The position numbers and the translations under genes are program-made. A stretch of DNA of 64,000 nt from NCBI GenBank assembly GCA_965218425.1, contig OZ244621.1, forward strand, positions 1,760,001 through 1,824,000. The letters are read 5' to 3'. Shown here piece after piece: positions 1 to 10,316 of the stretch; position 1 is the first letter of the stretch; each line of letters starts with the position of its first letter. The notes below the pieces were generated by a model that had not been told where the DNA came from, made no database searches, and saw only the letters and a program-made list of their open reading frames with translations. This stretch comes from an uncultured Candidatus Binatia bacterium (GTDB lineage: Bacteria; Desulfobacterota; Binatia; UBA9968; CAXXLF01).

Positions 1-1
1 C

Positions 2-55
2 TTGGGGGACGTAGCGGCCCGGCGCACCAAACCCGTTGAGGATCAAGATTCATGA
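2..55 (+). CDS. 3' end of upstream gene (probably a nuo subunit such as NuoI or NuoH), truncated by window edge
   Basis: Open frame [17 protein letters not shown] ends in TGA overlapping the nuoJ ATG (ATGA); identity inferred only from operon order. Confidence 0.4.
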   Translation: MGDVAARRTKPVEDQDS

Positions 56-555
56 GCGCAGAGTTGATTGCATTTTTCGCCTTATCGGCATTATTGACCG
101 CCTGTTCCCTGCTGGTCATCTTTCAACGCAATCCAATCCATAGTGCCCTGGCCCTGGTGGCGGCACTGTTTATTGTCGCGATACTCTTTCTTATGCTGGA
201 CGCCCCCATGCTCGGCGTTTTGCAGATTCTGGTTTATGCCGGCGCCATAATGGTCCTTTTTCTTTTCGTCATCATGCTCCTGGGCCCGGGCACATTTGAG
301 AGGAGACGTGCCCTCTGGTGGAGCGGCGGCGGTCTTGCAGCCTTGTTCCTGGCCCTGGAGCTTTTTGCTTTTCTACTTCCCTCGCAGGGAACCAAAGCAG
401 AGGGAATGGGGGGCCAGGTGGCCGAAGAGTTTGGCGGTCCGAAGATGCTAGCTGAAAGCCTTTTCACCCAATTTGTGCTGCCCTTTGAAATTGCCTCCAT
501 ACTTCTATTGGTTGCAATCATTGGAACCGTGGTATTGGCGAAGAGGGATTTTTAA
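52..555 (+). CDS. nuoJ: NADH-quinone oxidoreductase subunit J
   Basis: [27 protein letters not shown] and [15 protein letters not shown] motifs; operon context. Confidence 0.96.
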   Translation: MSAELIAFFALSALLTACSLLVIFQRNPIHSALALVAALFIVAILFLMLDAPMLGVLQILVYAGAIMVLFLFVIMLLGPGTFERRRALWWSGGGLAALFLALELFAFLLPSQGTKAEGMGGQVAEEFGGPKMLAESLFTQFVLPFEIASILLLVAIIGTVVLAKRDF

Positions 556-866
556 TGGAATCCACGCTACCACTCAACTACCTCCTCATGCTGAGCGGGA
601 TCGTTTTTTCCATAGGGGTTTTGGGAGTCATCATCCGGCGCAACCTCATTGTTATCATGATGTCCATCGAACTCATGCTCAACGCAGTCAACATTGCCTT
701 CGTGGCCTTTGCGCGATCCCATGGCTCCATGGAGGGTCAGGTGATCGTTTTCTTTGTGATGACCGTGGCTGCGGCGGAGGCCGTGGTGGGGCTGGCCATT
801 ATTATCACTGTGTTTCGGCAACGCCAGAGCCTCGACCCGCAGGACATGCAGCTTCTCAAGTGGTAG
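555..866 (+). CDS. nuoK: NADH-quinone oxidoreductase subunit K
   Basis: [16 protein letters not shown] and VAAAEA.VGLAI motifs, 103 aa. Confidence 0.97.
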   Translation: MESTLPLNYLLMLSGIVFSIGVLGVIIRRNLIVIMMSIELMLNAVNIAFVAFARSHGSMEGQVIVFFVMTVAAAEAVVGLAIIITVFRQRQSLDPQDMQLLKW

Positions 867-885
867 AGATAGGACGCCGGTTTTA

Positions 886-2799
886 ATGGAAACTTCAACC
901 CTCCTTCGCCTCATCCCGCTGGTCCCCTTGTTAGGGTCGCTGATCAACGTCTTTTTCGGACGCCTACTGGGTCGAGCCAATGCCGGCCTGCTGGCTTGCG
1001 GCTCCATTGCGGTTTCCTTTCTTTTTTCCCTCTGGATTTTTCTGCGCCTCCCCGACGGCGGGATGATCAAAGACGTCCTGTTCACCTGGATCGAGTCTCA
1101 ACCCTTCAGGGTAGAGATCGCCTTCATGGCCGATCCCCTCACCCTAGTGATGCTCCTGGTGGTCACAGGCGTGGGACTTCTCATTCACATCTACTCCCTG
1201 GGATACATGGATCACGACGAGGGAATGATCCGCTACTTTGCCTACCTCAACCTGTTTGTCTTTTTCATGCTCGTTCTGGTCACGGCCGACAACCTCCTTC
1301 TTCTCTTCGTGGGGTGGGAGGGAGTGGGGCTTTGCTCGTACCTCCTCATTGGTTTTTGGTACCAGGATCACGCCAACACCGCAGCGGGAAACAAAGCCTT
1401 TATCGTGAACCGAGTGGGTGACTTCTGTTTTCTACTGGGAATCTTTCTGCTCTTTTGGGAGCTGGGTAGTCACGGGATCTGGACCCTGGACTTTCAAGTG
1501 CTCAAAAACCATGCTGCGGTCATATCGCCTGAGAAAATCACGCTTATCACTTTGCTTCTGTTCGCCGGTGCCACGGGAAAATCTGCACAAATTCCCCTCT
1601 TTGTTTGGCTCCCGGACGCCATGCAGGGGCCGACACCGGTGAGTGCCTTGATCCATGCGGCCACCATGGTCACAGCGGGGGTTTACATGACGGCTCGCCT
1701 CCACTTTCTATTCTTTCTAGCCCCGGCAACCCTGGCCACCATCGGTATCATAGGGGGCCTTACCGCGTTCTTTGCCGCCACCATCGCCCTCACCCAGAAC
1801 GACATCAAGCGTGTCCTGGCGTACTCCACGGTGAGCCAACTGGGGTACATGTTTCTTGCGGTGGGAGTAGGCGCGTTTTCCACCGCAATCTTTCACCTCT
1901 TTACCCACGCCTTTTTTAAAGCTTGCCTGTTCTTGAGTGCGGGAAGCGTCATCCACGGGCTCCAGGGTGAGCAGGATATGAGGAGAATGGGAGGACTCAA
2001 AGCCTATTTCCCCACCACCTACTGGACCTTTCTGATTGCGGCACTGGCCATTATCGGTGCACCCTTCACCGCCGGCTATTTTTCCAAGGATCAAATCCTG
2101 TGGCTCGAGCTCAAAGACCCGGACGGATCCGCCATGCTCTGGTTTGTGGCCTGGATCACTGCGGGGCTCACGGCCTTTTATATGTTTCGCCAGTTCTTCA
2201 TGGTTTTTCATGGTAGGTGCAAGCTCGATGAGCAGGTGAAGGCTCACGTCCATGAATCGCCAAGGGTCATGACAGTGCCATTGATGATACTCGCTCTGGG
2301 CTCCGTATTGGTGGGGTGGTTTGGCACCCCGGAATATCTGCACGAGAACCAGTGGCTTGACTGGCTCCATCCTGTTTTCGGTCCACAGGAGCAAATCCTT
2401 CACGGAGAGGTAGGCGAGGAGATTTTGTTCACATTTCTCGCGCTGGGAATTGCCGGCCTAGGGCTCTATTTGGCCTACCGGTTCCATTACCAAGAAGAGA
2501 CAACGCCTGAGACGCAAGCCGCGCAATCCGGAGGGATGTTTCATCGCTTACTCCTGAACAAGTACTACGTGGACGAAATTTACGACACTCTCTTCGTCCG
2601 TCCCCTCACTCGAGGGGCCGGCTGGTTTGCCGACACTTTTGACCTTGTCGTCATTGATCGGTTCGTCAACGGTCTGGCCAATCAGGTACGAAGCAACAGC
2701 CTCTTCTGGCGCCAACTCCAAACCGGCAACGTCCAGCATTACCTGATGTGCTTTCTCGGGGGCACGCTTCTGATCTTGGCCTATTATTTGTACGGGTAG
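886..2799 (+). CDS. nuoL: NADH-quinone oxidoreductase subunit L
   Basis: GWEGVGLCSYLLIGFW, GKSAQIPL.VWLPDAMQGPTPVSALIHAATMV, HAFFKA motifs. Confidence 0.97.
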   Translation: METSTLLRLIPLVPLLGSLINVFFGRLLGRANAGLLACGSIAVSFLFSLWIFLRLPDGGMIKDVLFTWIESQPFRVEIAFMADPLTLVMLLVVTGVGLLIHIYSLGYMDHDEGMIRYFAYLNLFVFFMLVLVTADNLLLLFVGWEGVGLCSYLLIGFWYQDHANTAAGNKAFIVNRVGDFCFLLGIFLLFWELGSHGIWTLDFQVLKNHAAVISPEKITLITLLLFAGATGKSAQIPLFVWLPDAMQGPTPVSALIHAATMVTAGVYMTARLHFLFFLAPATLATIGIIGGLTAFFAATIALTQNDIKRVLAYSTVSQLGYMFLAVGVGAFSTAIFHLFTHAFFKACLFLSAGSVIHGLQGEQDMRRMGGLKAYFPTTYWTFLIAALAIIGAPFTAGYFSKDQILWLELKDPDGSAMLWFVAWITAGLTAFYMFRQFFMVFHGRCKLDEQVKAHVHESPRVMTVPLMILALGSVLVGWFGTPEYLHENQWLDWLHPVFGPQEQILHGEVGEEILFTFLALGIAGLGLYLAYRFHYQEETTPETQAAQSGGMFHRLLLNKYYVDEIYDTLFVRPLTRGAGWFADTFDLVVIDRFVNGLANQVRSNSLFWRQLQTGNVQHYLMCFLGGTLLILAYYLYG

Positions 2800-2802
2800 C
2801 CA

Positions 2803-4359
2803 ATGAACGGACCATTTCTCGGAGATCTGAGTTTATTGATTTTTGTTCCCGTTGTAGGAGCCTTGGTCTTACTGTCGCTCCCCCGCGGGAAGACCTCAGT
2901 TCTGTTCGGAACGGCTCTGCTATTTCTCTTGTTCAACTTTTTCTTGTCACTCAAAATTTTTTGGCGCTTCGATCCTGCCACCGCAGAGATGCAGTTTACC
3001 GAAAGAATCCCTTGGATTCCCGCCTACGGAATTGATTATTCCATCGGCATCGACGGGCTGAGTCTTTTCCTGGTCTTGCTAACAACGTTCCTCGGACCCA
3101 TCGTGATTCTCGCCTCATGGAACGTTAATGAGAGGGTCAAAGAGTATCTTTTCTTCATGCTGATCCTGCAAACCAGCATGATCGGGACCCTAGTGGCTCT
3201 GGACCTTTTTCTCTTCTATGTGTTCTGGGAAATCATGCTACTGCCCATGTACTTTATCATCGGCATATGGGGCGGGCCGCGACGCGTCTATGCGGCTGTG
3301 AAGTTCGTCATCTATACCATGAGCGGGAGCCTCCTTATGCTGGTGGCAATTATTTACCTTGCCGCGGCAGCGGGCCAGCTGACCCAGTCTACGACCTTTG
3401 ACCTGCTTCGCATTTCCGAGGTTCGACTCCCGTACCAGACGCAGTTATGGCTCTTTTTGGCCTTTGGTCTCTCCTTCGCCATCAAGGTCCCTCTCTTTCC
3501 CTTCCACACCTGGCTCCCCGACGCCCATGTGGAGGCACCCACTGGCGGATCGGTCATTCTAGCCGGGGTCCTGCTGAAGATGGGAACCTATGGTTTTCTC
3601 CGCTTTGCTATCCCTCTTTTTCCCGACGCTACCATCGCCGCTGGCCCATTCATCACGGCTCTAGCCGTCATTGGCATTATTTACGGAGCGTTGGTGGCCA
3701 TGATGCAATCAGATCTGAAAAAACTCGTGGCATACTCCTCTGTGAGCCACCTAGGCTTCGTCATGCTGGGTATCTTTACCCTTAACCTCCAGGGAATTCA
3801 GGGTTCCATTTACCAAATGCTTAACCATGGTCTTTCCACGGGGGCCCTCTTCCTGGCCGTAGGAATGATCTATGAGCGGCGTCACACCCGCATGATCGCC
3901 GACTTCGGTGGCCTGTGGAAACCCCTTCCTATTTTCTCAGCCTGTTTTTTGGTGGTTACTCTATCCTCCATAGGTCTTCCCGGCTTGAATGGTTTCGTTG
4001 GAGAATTTTTAATCCTTTTAGGCGCGTTTAAAACCACTCCCTTCTGGACCGCCTGGGCCACCACCGGTATCGTGTTGGCAGCCACTTACATGCTCTGGAT
4101 GTATCGCCGAGTTATATTCGGACCGGTGAAGCCCGAGAATCAAAACCTCAAGGACATGGGGACGAGGGAAATGGTTATCCTTGCTCCAATCCTTGCCTTA
4201 ATCGTTCTCATGGGAATCTACCCGCAACCCTTTTTAAGTCGAATGCAGCCAACCGTCCAAAGGATCATCACCACAGTCAGCCACAAAACGGCCCTTTCCT
4301 CGCCTTCCACCAGTGGTTTGACGGCGGAAGGCGAGGAGCGGAGGGGCGATGCCGGCTGA
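2803..4359 (+). CDS. nuoM: NADH-quinone oxidoreductase subunit M
   Basis: FYVFWE, KVPLFPFHTWLPDAHVEAPTGGS, LKKLVAYSSVSH, GLPGLNGFVGEF. Confidence 0.97.
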   Translation: MNGPFLGDLSLLIFVPVVGALVLLSLPRGKTSVLFGTALLFLLFNFFLSLKIFWRFDPATAEMQFTERIPWIPAYGIDYSIGIDGLSLFLVLLTTFLGPIVILASWNVNERVKEYLFFMLILQTSMIGTLVALDLFLFYVFWEIMLLPMYFIIGIWGGPRRVYAAVKFVIYTMSGSLLMLVAIIYLAAAAGQLTQSTTFDLLRISEVRLPYQTQLWLFLAFGLSFAIKVPLFPFHTWLPDAHVEAPTGGSVILAGVLLKMGTYGFLRFAIPLFPDATIAAGPFITALAVIGIIYGALVAMMQSDLKKLVAYSSVSHLGFVMLGIFTLNLQGIQGSIYQMLNHGLSTGALFLAVGMIYERRHTRMIADFGGLWKPLPIFSACFLVVTLSSIGLPGLNGFVGEFLILLGAFKTTPFWTAWATTGIVLAATYMLWMYRRVIFGPVKPENQNLKDMGTREMVILAPILALIVLMGIYPQPFLSRMQPTVQRIITTVSHKTALSSPSTSGLTAEGEERRGDAG

Positions 4360-5815
4360 CCCGACTCCCTTCGCATCCATGGCCGAATTGGCCCTTGTTA
4401 GCCCGGCCATTGAGCTCCTCCTGGCAGCCTTAGCCGTCATCCTCTTTGACCTCTACTTAAAAGAGAACGAGAAGGGTCTTTTGACATGGATCAGCGTCAT
4501 TGGCTTGGTGATTGCCGGCGCTATGACTTTTACCTTTTGGCCTACTGGAAATGGAGCGTTTCTGGAGAGCATCCGAGTTGATGGCTTCAGTCTCTTTTTT
4601 GCCAATTTGCTCCTGGGTGCCGCGGTTATCACTATTCTTTCTTCTGTGCACTACTTACGCGAAACGAACATTCGCAATGGGGCGTACCATGCCCTGATTC
4701 TGCTGAGTACCCTGGGAATGATCCTTATGGCCATGGCCAATGATCTCATTCTTTTCTTTCTCGCCCTGGAGACCATGTCCATCGCCGTCTATGTTCTCAC
4801 TGGCATGTGGCGTCAGAGAATAGAGGCCGGCGAAGCGGCCATGAAGTATTTTCTAAATGGTGCCTTTGCCTCCGGATTTCTTCTCTACGGAATCGCCTTG
4901 ATCTATGGGGCCACCGGGTCCACCAACTTAACTCGTATCTCAGCCTCTCTCACTCAATCCACCATCGCCGAGAATCCCCTTCTTTTGGCGGGGGTCTTTC
5001 TTTTGCTCATCGGCCTCGCATTCAAAGTCGCTGCCGTGCCATTCCATTTCTGGGTGCCGGATGTATACGATGGAGCCCCCACGTCAGTCACGGGCTTCAT
5101 GTCCGTCGCGGTAAAGGCCGCTGCCTTTGCCGGTTGGACCCGTATTCTGATGCATCAATTGGCCCCCCTCCATGCTGAGTTGTCCTTCGTGCTGTGGGCC
5201 CTGGCGGTTCTCACCATGACGGTGGGTAATGTTCTTGCCATTTCGCAGACCAGCGTGAAGCGTATGCTTGCCTATTCCAGCATCGCCCATGCCGGCTATT
5301 TACTCATCGGGGTTGTGGCGGGGGAAAAGTTCGCAGGCTCCGCCATTCTCTTTTACCTTCTGGTTTATACGGCAATGACACTGGGAGCCTTCGGGGTGCT
5401 CATGGCACTCAAGGATAATGAAACCGCAAACGAGCACTATAGTGATCTTGCCGGAATCGGGTTCAAACGTCCCTTTCTAGGCATGGCCATGTCTATCTTC
5501 ATGCTCTCCCTTGCGGGGTTCCCTCCGCTTGGAGGATTTACCGCAAAGTTCTACCTATTCCGATCGGCTATCGAAGCCGATCACACTGCGCTGGCTGTTA
5601 TCGGTGTTTTGAACAGCCTCCTCTCGGTGATCTACTATCTCCGGGTCATTGTGATGATGTATATGGAGGAGGGGACAGTTGAAGGAAAAACCTTTAGCAG
5701 CGCTCCCTACCTTTACGTTGCCATTGCCATCACTGTATTGGGAACCCTTTACCTGGGTATCGCGCCGGCATTGTCCCTGGATCTCAGCCGACTATCCTTT
5801 GCTTCGCTACGATAA
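4349..5815 (+). CDS. nuoN: NADH-quinone oxidoreductase subunit N
   Basis: EAAMKYF, FKVAAVPFHFWVPDVYDGAP, KRMLAYSSIAHAGY, SLAGFPP; start could be 4379. Confidence 0.96.
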   Translation: MPADPTPFASMAELALVSPAIELLLAALAVILFDLYLKENEKGLLTWISVIGLVIAGAMTFTFWPTGNGAFLESIRVDGFSLFFANLLLGAAVITILSSVHYLRETNIRNGAYHALILLSTLGMILMAMANDLILFFLALETMSIAVYVLTGMWRQRIEAGEAAMKYFLNGAFASGFLLYGIALIYGATGSTNLTRISASLTQSTIAENPLLLAGVFLLLIGLAFKVAAVPFHFWVPDVYDGAPTSVTGFMSVAVKAAAFAGWTRILMHQLAPLHAELSFVLWALAVLTMTVGNVLAISQTSVKRMLAYSSIAHAGYLLIGVVAGEKFAGSAILFYLLVYTAMTLGAFGVLMALKDNETANEHYSDLAGIGFKRPFLGMAMSIFMLSLAGFPPLGGFTAKFYLFRSAIEADHTALAVIGVLNSLLSVIYYLRVIVMMYMEEGTVEGKTFSSAPYLYVAIAITVLGTLYLGIAPALSLDLSRLSFASLR

Positions 5816-5875
5816 ACTAATTCGCGCACGGCCTGAGACTCCTTCTCCGAGGGGCTCGCCCAAAGGCAGGCTGTT

Positions 5876-6032
5876 ACGAGGGGAGAGAGACGTAAGGCTG
5901 TGGGCATAGAACGTGCTGCTTCAGATATTCACAGACTTATTGCCCACGGCCGGAGGCTCGCTCCCCGAGGAGAAGGTAAGCTTTGGAAGGTCGCTCCACC
6001 GGTATTGGCGGGGGAGTGGACTGCTGGGCTCG
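5876..6032 (+). repeat. Dispersed modular GC-rich repeat, copy 1 (partial: hairpin core plus 3' module)
   Basis: Aligns by eye with 14656-14753 and 52861-53018; extra half-unit CACGGCCTGAGACTCCTTCTCCGAGG at 5827-5852. Confidence 0.85.
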
Positions 6033-6235
6033 AGGTCAGAAGAAATTAACCGCAGATTGGCGTGGATAAAGATTCGGAGATTTCACCGCAGAGACGCCGA
6101 GGGCAAGGCGAAGCAGTACTGAGGACTGAGTGGGGGTTCAAAAATAGGGTTGGGAAGAAAGCGTAAAATGTTAAGCGAATAACGGTTAGCAGTGATGAGT
6201 CCGGAGCTGACGGCTGATGGCTCTTAGCGCTATTC

Positions 6236-7033
6236 TTAGATTCCAAAAACATTGTGGGCATTCGCGTTGGTGGTTTCCGCCACCTCATTCAAGGTTAGTC
6301 CTTTGACCTGGGCAATGACCTTCGCAACGAACCGTACGAATGCAGGTTCATTACGTTTACCCCGATGAGGGACGGGGGCGAGATAAGGAGAATCGGTCTC
6401 CACCATGATCCGATCCATGGGAACCTCGCGTACCACCTCTCGCAACGATTCGGCATTCTTGAATGTTATGATGCCCGTGAAGGAAAGGTAAAATCCCAGA
6501 TCTAAAAACGCCTTCGCCGCCTTCAGGTCACCGGTAAAACAGTGAATGACACCGGGAACCTCACCCTGGCCGTAAGTTCGAATCAACTCCTCTACTTCCT
6601 CGTGGGCGTCGCGATCATGGACCACCAGTGGTAGCTTCGTCTCGCGCGCCAAATGGATAAAGCGGCTAAAGACTTCCATCTGGACGCCTCGGGGCGAATG
6701 CTCATAATAAAAATCCAACCCGGTTTCCCCCACGGCCACCACTTTCGGGTCCTCAGTGAGGGCCCTGAGCTTCTGGACATCTTCGTCCGTCACGTGGCGC
6801 GCGTCATGGGGATGCATCCCAACCGTCGCAAATACGCCCGCATGGTGTTGTGCAATCTCTAATCCGGACTCATTGGTGGTAAGCTCCCCTGCGCCTCCCA
6901 CCACAATGATCTTTTCCACCCCTGCCTCATGGGCACGATTCACCACCTGATCCACATCATCGGCGAAATTTTCCGATTGTATGTGAGCGTGGGTATCAAT
7001 CAGCGATGCCGTCATTTTGTCTCTTTGGTTCAT
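6236..7033 (-). CDS. tatD: TatD family deoxyribonuclease
   Basis: IDTHAH, GMHPH, AVGETGLD, VHDRDA, IHCF, ETDSPYLAP.PHRGKRNEP. Confidence 0.95.
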   Translation of the reverse strand: MNQRDKMTASLIDTHAHIQSENFADDVDQVVNRAHEAGVEKIIVVGGAGELTTNESGLEIAQHHAGVFATVGMHPHDARHVTDEDVQKLRALTEDPKVVAVGETGLDFYYEHSPRGVQMEVFSRFIHLARETKLPLVVHDRDAHEEVEELIRTYGQGEVPGVIHCFTGDLKAAKAFLDLGFYLSFTGIITFKNAESLREVVREVPMDRIMVETDSPYLAPVPHRGKRNEPAFVRFVAKVIAQVKGLTLNEVAETTNANAHNVFGI

Positions 7034-7077
7034 TCAGTCTATTCCGTCTATCTCGTCAAACTTTAAATGATTCCCTA

Positions 7078-7267
7078 AAAAGTAGCTACCGCATGCACCC
7101 GAGGGGCGAGTCCTGAAGAGCGCGGGCATAGGAGCGTAGAGGTTGCTTTCAGGCCCGGGCGGCCATTTGGCCGCCCCTAGAGCGGATGGGGTGGTGGCCC
7201 TCAAGGTACAGACCCATTGCCCGCGCTCGGAAGGGCTTAGCCCGAGGGGGCACGGTAGCATCACTTT
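7078..7267. ncRNA. Candidate structured RNA or MITE-like rod-shaped hairpin (~185 nt)
   Basis: Nested inverted repeats: GCTACCG 7085-7091 / CGGTAGC 7253-7259; GAGCGCGGGCA 7118-7128 / TGCCCGCGCTC 7218-7228; GGGCGGCC 7157-7164 / GGCCGCCC 7169-7176. Confidence 0.5.
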
Positions 7268-7294
7268 GCTAGATACTGATTAACCCATCAAGAT

Positions 7295-7508
7295 TTCGCC
7301 CACCTCGTTTATTCGGTCTAAGCTGTCTATCTCGTCTGTTTCGTCAATTCCCTTTGTCACGTCTATCTATTCAGTTGTGTCATTTTATCGTTATCGTATA
7401 TTTCGTCCATCTCGTTAATTCCGTCCGCCCCTTCAAACCAAAACGACCAAAGAGACCAAATGAACCGAAGAGACTAGATAGACCGAATAGACCTAACGAC
7501 CAGATAGG
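7295..7508. repeat. Degenerate ~9-nt period repeats: pyrimidine-rich block followed by purine-rich complementary block
   Basis: GTCTATCTC GTCTGTTTC GTCAATTCC... then GACCAAAGA GACCAAATG AACCGAAGA GACTAGATA GACCGAATA; similar units at 7037-7058. Confidence 0.65.
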
Positions 7509-9047
7509 CTAATCAGTTGCTATCCTGGGAAAAAGGACCTTTGGCGGTTTCACCTGGTGATCTGGGGGGAAAAAGGTTCCCCAGGGGATCTGAACTGTGG
7601 CTTCCCCGTCGGGAATGTCCAGGAGCGATTGAATCTCCTTAGCTGTGTCCGGTAGAAATGGAGCGAGAAGTTCTGCCGTCAGTCTGAGTGATTCCAACAG
7701 GTGGTGTAGTATCTCTCCGACCCTGGGCTTATTGCCTGGATCTTTCATCAACACGAACGGTGAGGTCTGAACGATATACTGATTGGTCCGGTCTAGGGCG
7801 ACCCAAACGGCCTCCAAGGCCCGGTGAAAACCGAGCCGATCCATATGTCGGTGGACCTCCGCGGCGGTGTCGAGGAACGCATCCCTGAGCCTCAAGTCTT
7901 CCTCAGCCCAGGATTTTCCCAAGGGTTGAACCATGCCGTTGAAATACCTCTTTTGCATGGCGAGGACTCGACTGACCAAATTCCCAAGATTGTTGGCCAG
8001 GTCGGCGTTGACACGGTTAACAAATCCCTCAAGGGAAAATACCGCATCCTGACCGAATACCATGTCGCGCAGAAGAAAGTAACGGAAGGAGTCCATGGAG
8101 TAGCGCTCTTTCATCTCCAGGGGACGAACCACGTTGCCCAGACTTTTGGACATCTTGCCGGAATCCATGAGCCAGTATCCATGGACATAGAGGTGCTCAT
8201 AACATGGAAGCCCCGCGGCCATGAGCATGGTAGGCCAAAAGACCGCGTGGGGTTTCAAGATGTCCTTGGCAATGAGATGATTGGCCTTTGGCCAATAGGT
8301 CTGAAAGCTATCCCTACCCAGTTGTTCAAGGGCGCTCACGTAATTGATCAGCGCGTCAAACCAAACGTAAGTGACATAGTCTCCGTCAAAGGGGAGTGGA
8401 ATACCCCAGTCCAGCCGGCTTTTTGGACGCGAAATGCAGAGGTCTTCCAGAGGCTCGCGCAGGAACGACAGCACTTCCGTACGGTAATGCTCCGGCTGGA
8501 TAAAGTCCGGCCTGGACTGAATGTGTTCCAAAAGCTGCTGCTGGTATTTCCCCATGCGGAAGAAGTAGTTTTTTTCCTGAATGTAAGTAGGCTCTGTCTG
8601 ATGATCAGGGCATTTTTTGTCCACTAACTCTTTTTCCGTGTAGAAACGCTCGCAGCCGAAACAGTAATATCCGCCGTACTCGCCAAAATAGATATCTCCC
8701 GCATCATAGATTTTTCGCAGGGTCTCTTGGACCGTTTTCTTGTGATAGGAATCCGTTGTCCGAATAAAAAAATCATAAGAGATATCGCAAGCGTCCCAGG
8801 TGGAGCGAAAAAGGGAACTGATACGATCAGCGTAGGCTTTAGGGTCCGTCCCGCTTTCCTTGGCCGCCTGGGCGATCTTGTCCCCATGCTCATCGGTGCC
8901 CGTGAGCAGGAAGGCTTGGACTCCCTGGCTCCGGTGATACCGTTTCAAAGTATCGGCAACGATCGTGGTATAGGTGTGGCCAAGGTGCGGCTCGGCGTTC
9001 ACGTAATATAGAGGGGTTGTTAGGTAAAGAGAACTCATAGCGCCCAT
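7509..9047 (-). CDS. metG: Methionine--tRNA ligase (short form lacking the C-terminal tRNA-binding domain)
   Basis: YYVNAEPHLGH (HIGH), TGTDEHG, YVWFDAL, KMSKS. Confidence 0.97.
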   Translation of the reverse strand: MGAMSSLYLTTPLYYVNAEPHLGHTYTTIVADTLKRYHRSQGVQAFLLTGTDEHGDKIAQAAKESGTDPKAYADRISSLFRSTWDACDISYDFFIRTTDSYHKKTVQETLRKIYDAGDIYFGEYGGYYCFGCERFYTEKELVDKKCPDHQTEPTYIQEKNYFFRMGKYQQQLLEHIQSRPDFIQPEHYRTEVLSFLREPLEDLCISRPKSRLDWGIPLPFDGDYVTYVWFDALINYVSALEQLGRDSFQTYWPKANHLIAKDILKPHAVFWPTMLMAAGLPCYEHLYVHGYWLMDSGKMSKSLGNVVRPLEMKERYSMDSFRYFLLRDMVFGQDAVFSLEGFVNRVNADLANNLGNLVSRVLAMQKRYFNGMVQPLGKSWAEEDLRLRDAFLDTAAEVHRHMDRLGFHRALEAVWVALDRTNQYIVQTSPFVLMKDPGNKPRVGEILHHLLESLRLTAELLAPFLPDTAKEIQSLLDIPDGEATVQIPWGTFFPPDHQVKPPKVLFPRIATD

Positions 9048-9063
9048 TCAGTTGGGATCTGTG

Positions 9064-10062
9064 TCAGAGGCGTGGTGGGTCTCCACCCACTACCCGAATC
9101 AAGAAATCTTCCAACACCAGCCGGCGATTGTAATTCCTTTGAAGTTTTTGAGCTACACTTCCCACCTTTGAAAGGACGTAAAGGGTTTGATGCAAGGAAT
9201 GATTCGAGGCGGCGTCACGAATTTTATGGACCAGGTCGGAGTTTTTCATTTCAATTTCCGAACCTGCGGTCTGCTGGATTAAAATGTCCCGGTACCATTC
9301 TCTGATCCACTGCAGAGCCCGCACCGCCTTTTCCCTGTCCCGCGCCATCTCCTCGGCCAGTGTGACCATTCCTCGATAGTCTCCCCGAGAAAGGGACGAA
9401 AAGCGCTCGATCCATCGATTGCGCTCTTCCAGTAGCCCCTCCGCGTCGCATGTCAGGGCTTCTCCCAAACTTCCTCCGGTCAGCATGGCCAGAACCGACG
9501 CCTGATCCTGTGGCGTCCCCTGCTGACTTACGAGAAAGCCTGCCACTTCATCCACTGACAGAAAGGTAAAATAAAGGCGCAGGCAGCGGGACAACACGGT
9601 GGACAACAGGCTGCCGGTGCTATTGGCCACCAGAATGATCAAGGCATCGCCCGGCGGGTCTTCGAGGGTCTTCAGCAGAGAGTTCTGTGCATGGAAATTC
9701 ATCTGGTGGGCTGGATCAATGATGGCCACCTTTTTCTTCCTTGAGAAAGATCGAAATTCCAACATGCGTTGAAGGTCTCTCATCTGCTGGATCGTGATCT
9801 CTCGCTTGGTGGCCTCAGGGCCGACGATCCGCACATCAGGGTGGTTCCCATCTCCAATGCGGTGGCAATTCTCGCACCGACCGCAGCTATCAGCATCGCC
9901 TTGAGTGCAATGGATGGCCAAAGCAAGAGCCAGTGCAACGGTTCGCTTGCCGACCCCGTCAGGACCCACAAAAAGATAAGCGTGGTGCAGGCGGTCGCTT
10001 TCCAGTGCCTTTTTCAGCACCTCCACTTGCCTCTGATGACCGAGAATATTGGAAAAAGACAT
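9064..10062 (-). CDS. holB: DNA polymerase III subunit delta'
   Basis: HHAYLFVGPDGVGK, C..C..C zinc site, HPD, AQNSLLKTLEDPP, SRC; follows tmk. Confidence 0.95.
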   Translation of the reverse strand: MSFSNILGHQRQVEVLKKALESDRLHHAYLFVGPDGVGKRTVALALALAIHCTQGDADSCGRCENCHRIGDGNHPDVRIVGPEATKREITIQQMRDLQRMLEFRSFSRKKKVAIIDPAHQMNFHAQNSLLKTLEDPPGDALIILVANSTGSLLSTVLSRCLRLYFTFLSVDEVAGFLVSQQGTPQDQASVLAMLTGGSLGEALTCDAEGLLEERNRWIERFSSLSRGDYRGMVTLAEEMARDREKAVRALQWIREWYRDILIQQTAGSEIEMKNSDLVHKIRDAASNHSLHQTLYVLSKVGSVAQKLQRNYNRRLVLEDFLIRVVGGDPPRL

Positions 10063-10316
10063 TATTTACTCTCTAACAACTCAACCGCAGATTTTCGCCG
10101 ATTATCGCAGATACTTAACAGCAAAGAGCATAGCGCTAAGGGCACAGGGTCCTGACCCGGTGATTAGTGTTAAGGGCTCAATGGTTAGATTAGAGTACAG
10201 GGTTTGGACTTCACCTCCTCCTATTCCCTACACCCTTTCTTAATCCCCACTCAGTTCCAGTACTCGTTGCCTGTCACTGAAATCAACGCTTTTGCGCGAG
10301 TTATTTTTTTGTCGTC

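Noticed and set aside
7034..7264. 76 aa ORF upstream of tatD
   Set aside because: Coincides with the GC-rich hairpin; no protein features
7824..8627. Long antisense ORFs (also 22654-23442, 31790-32647, 1717-2403)
   Set aside because: Shadows of well-supported genes on the opposite strand
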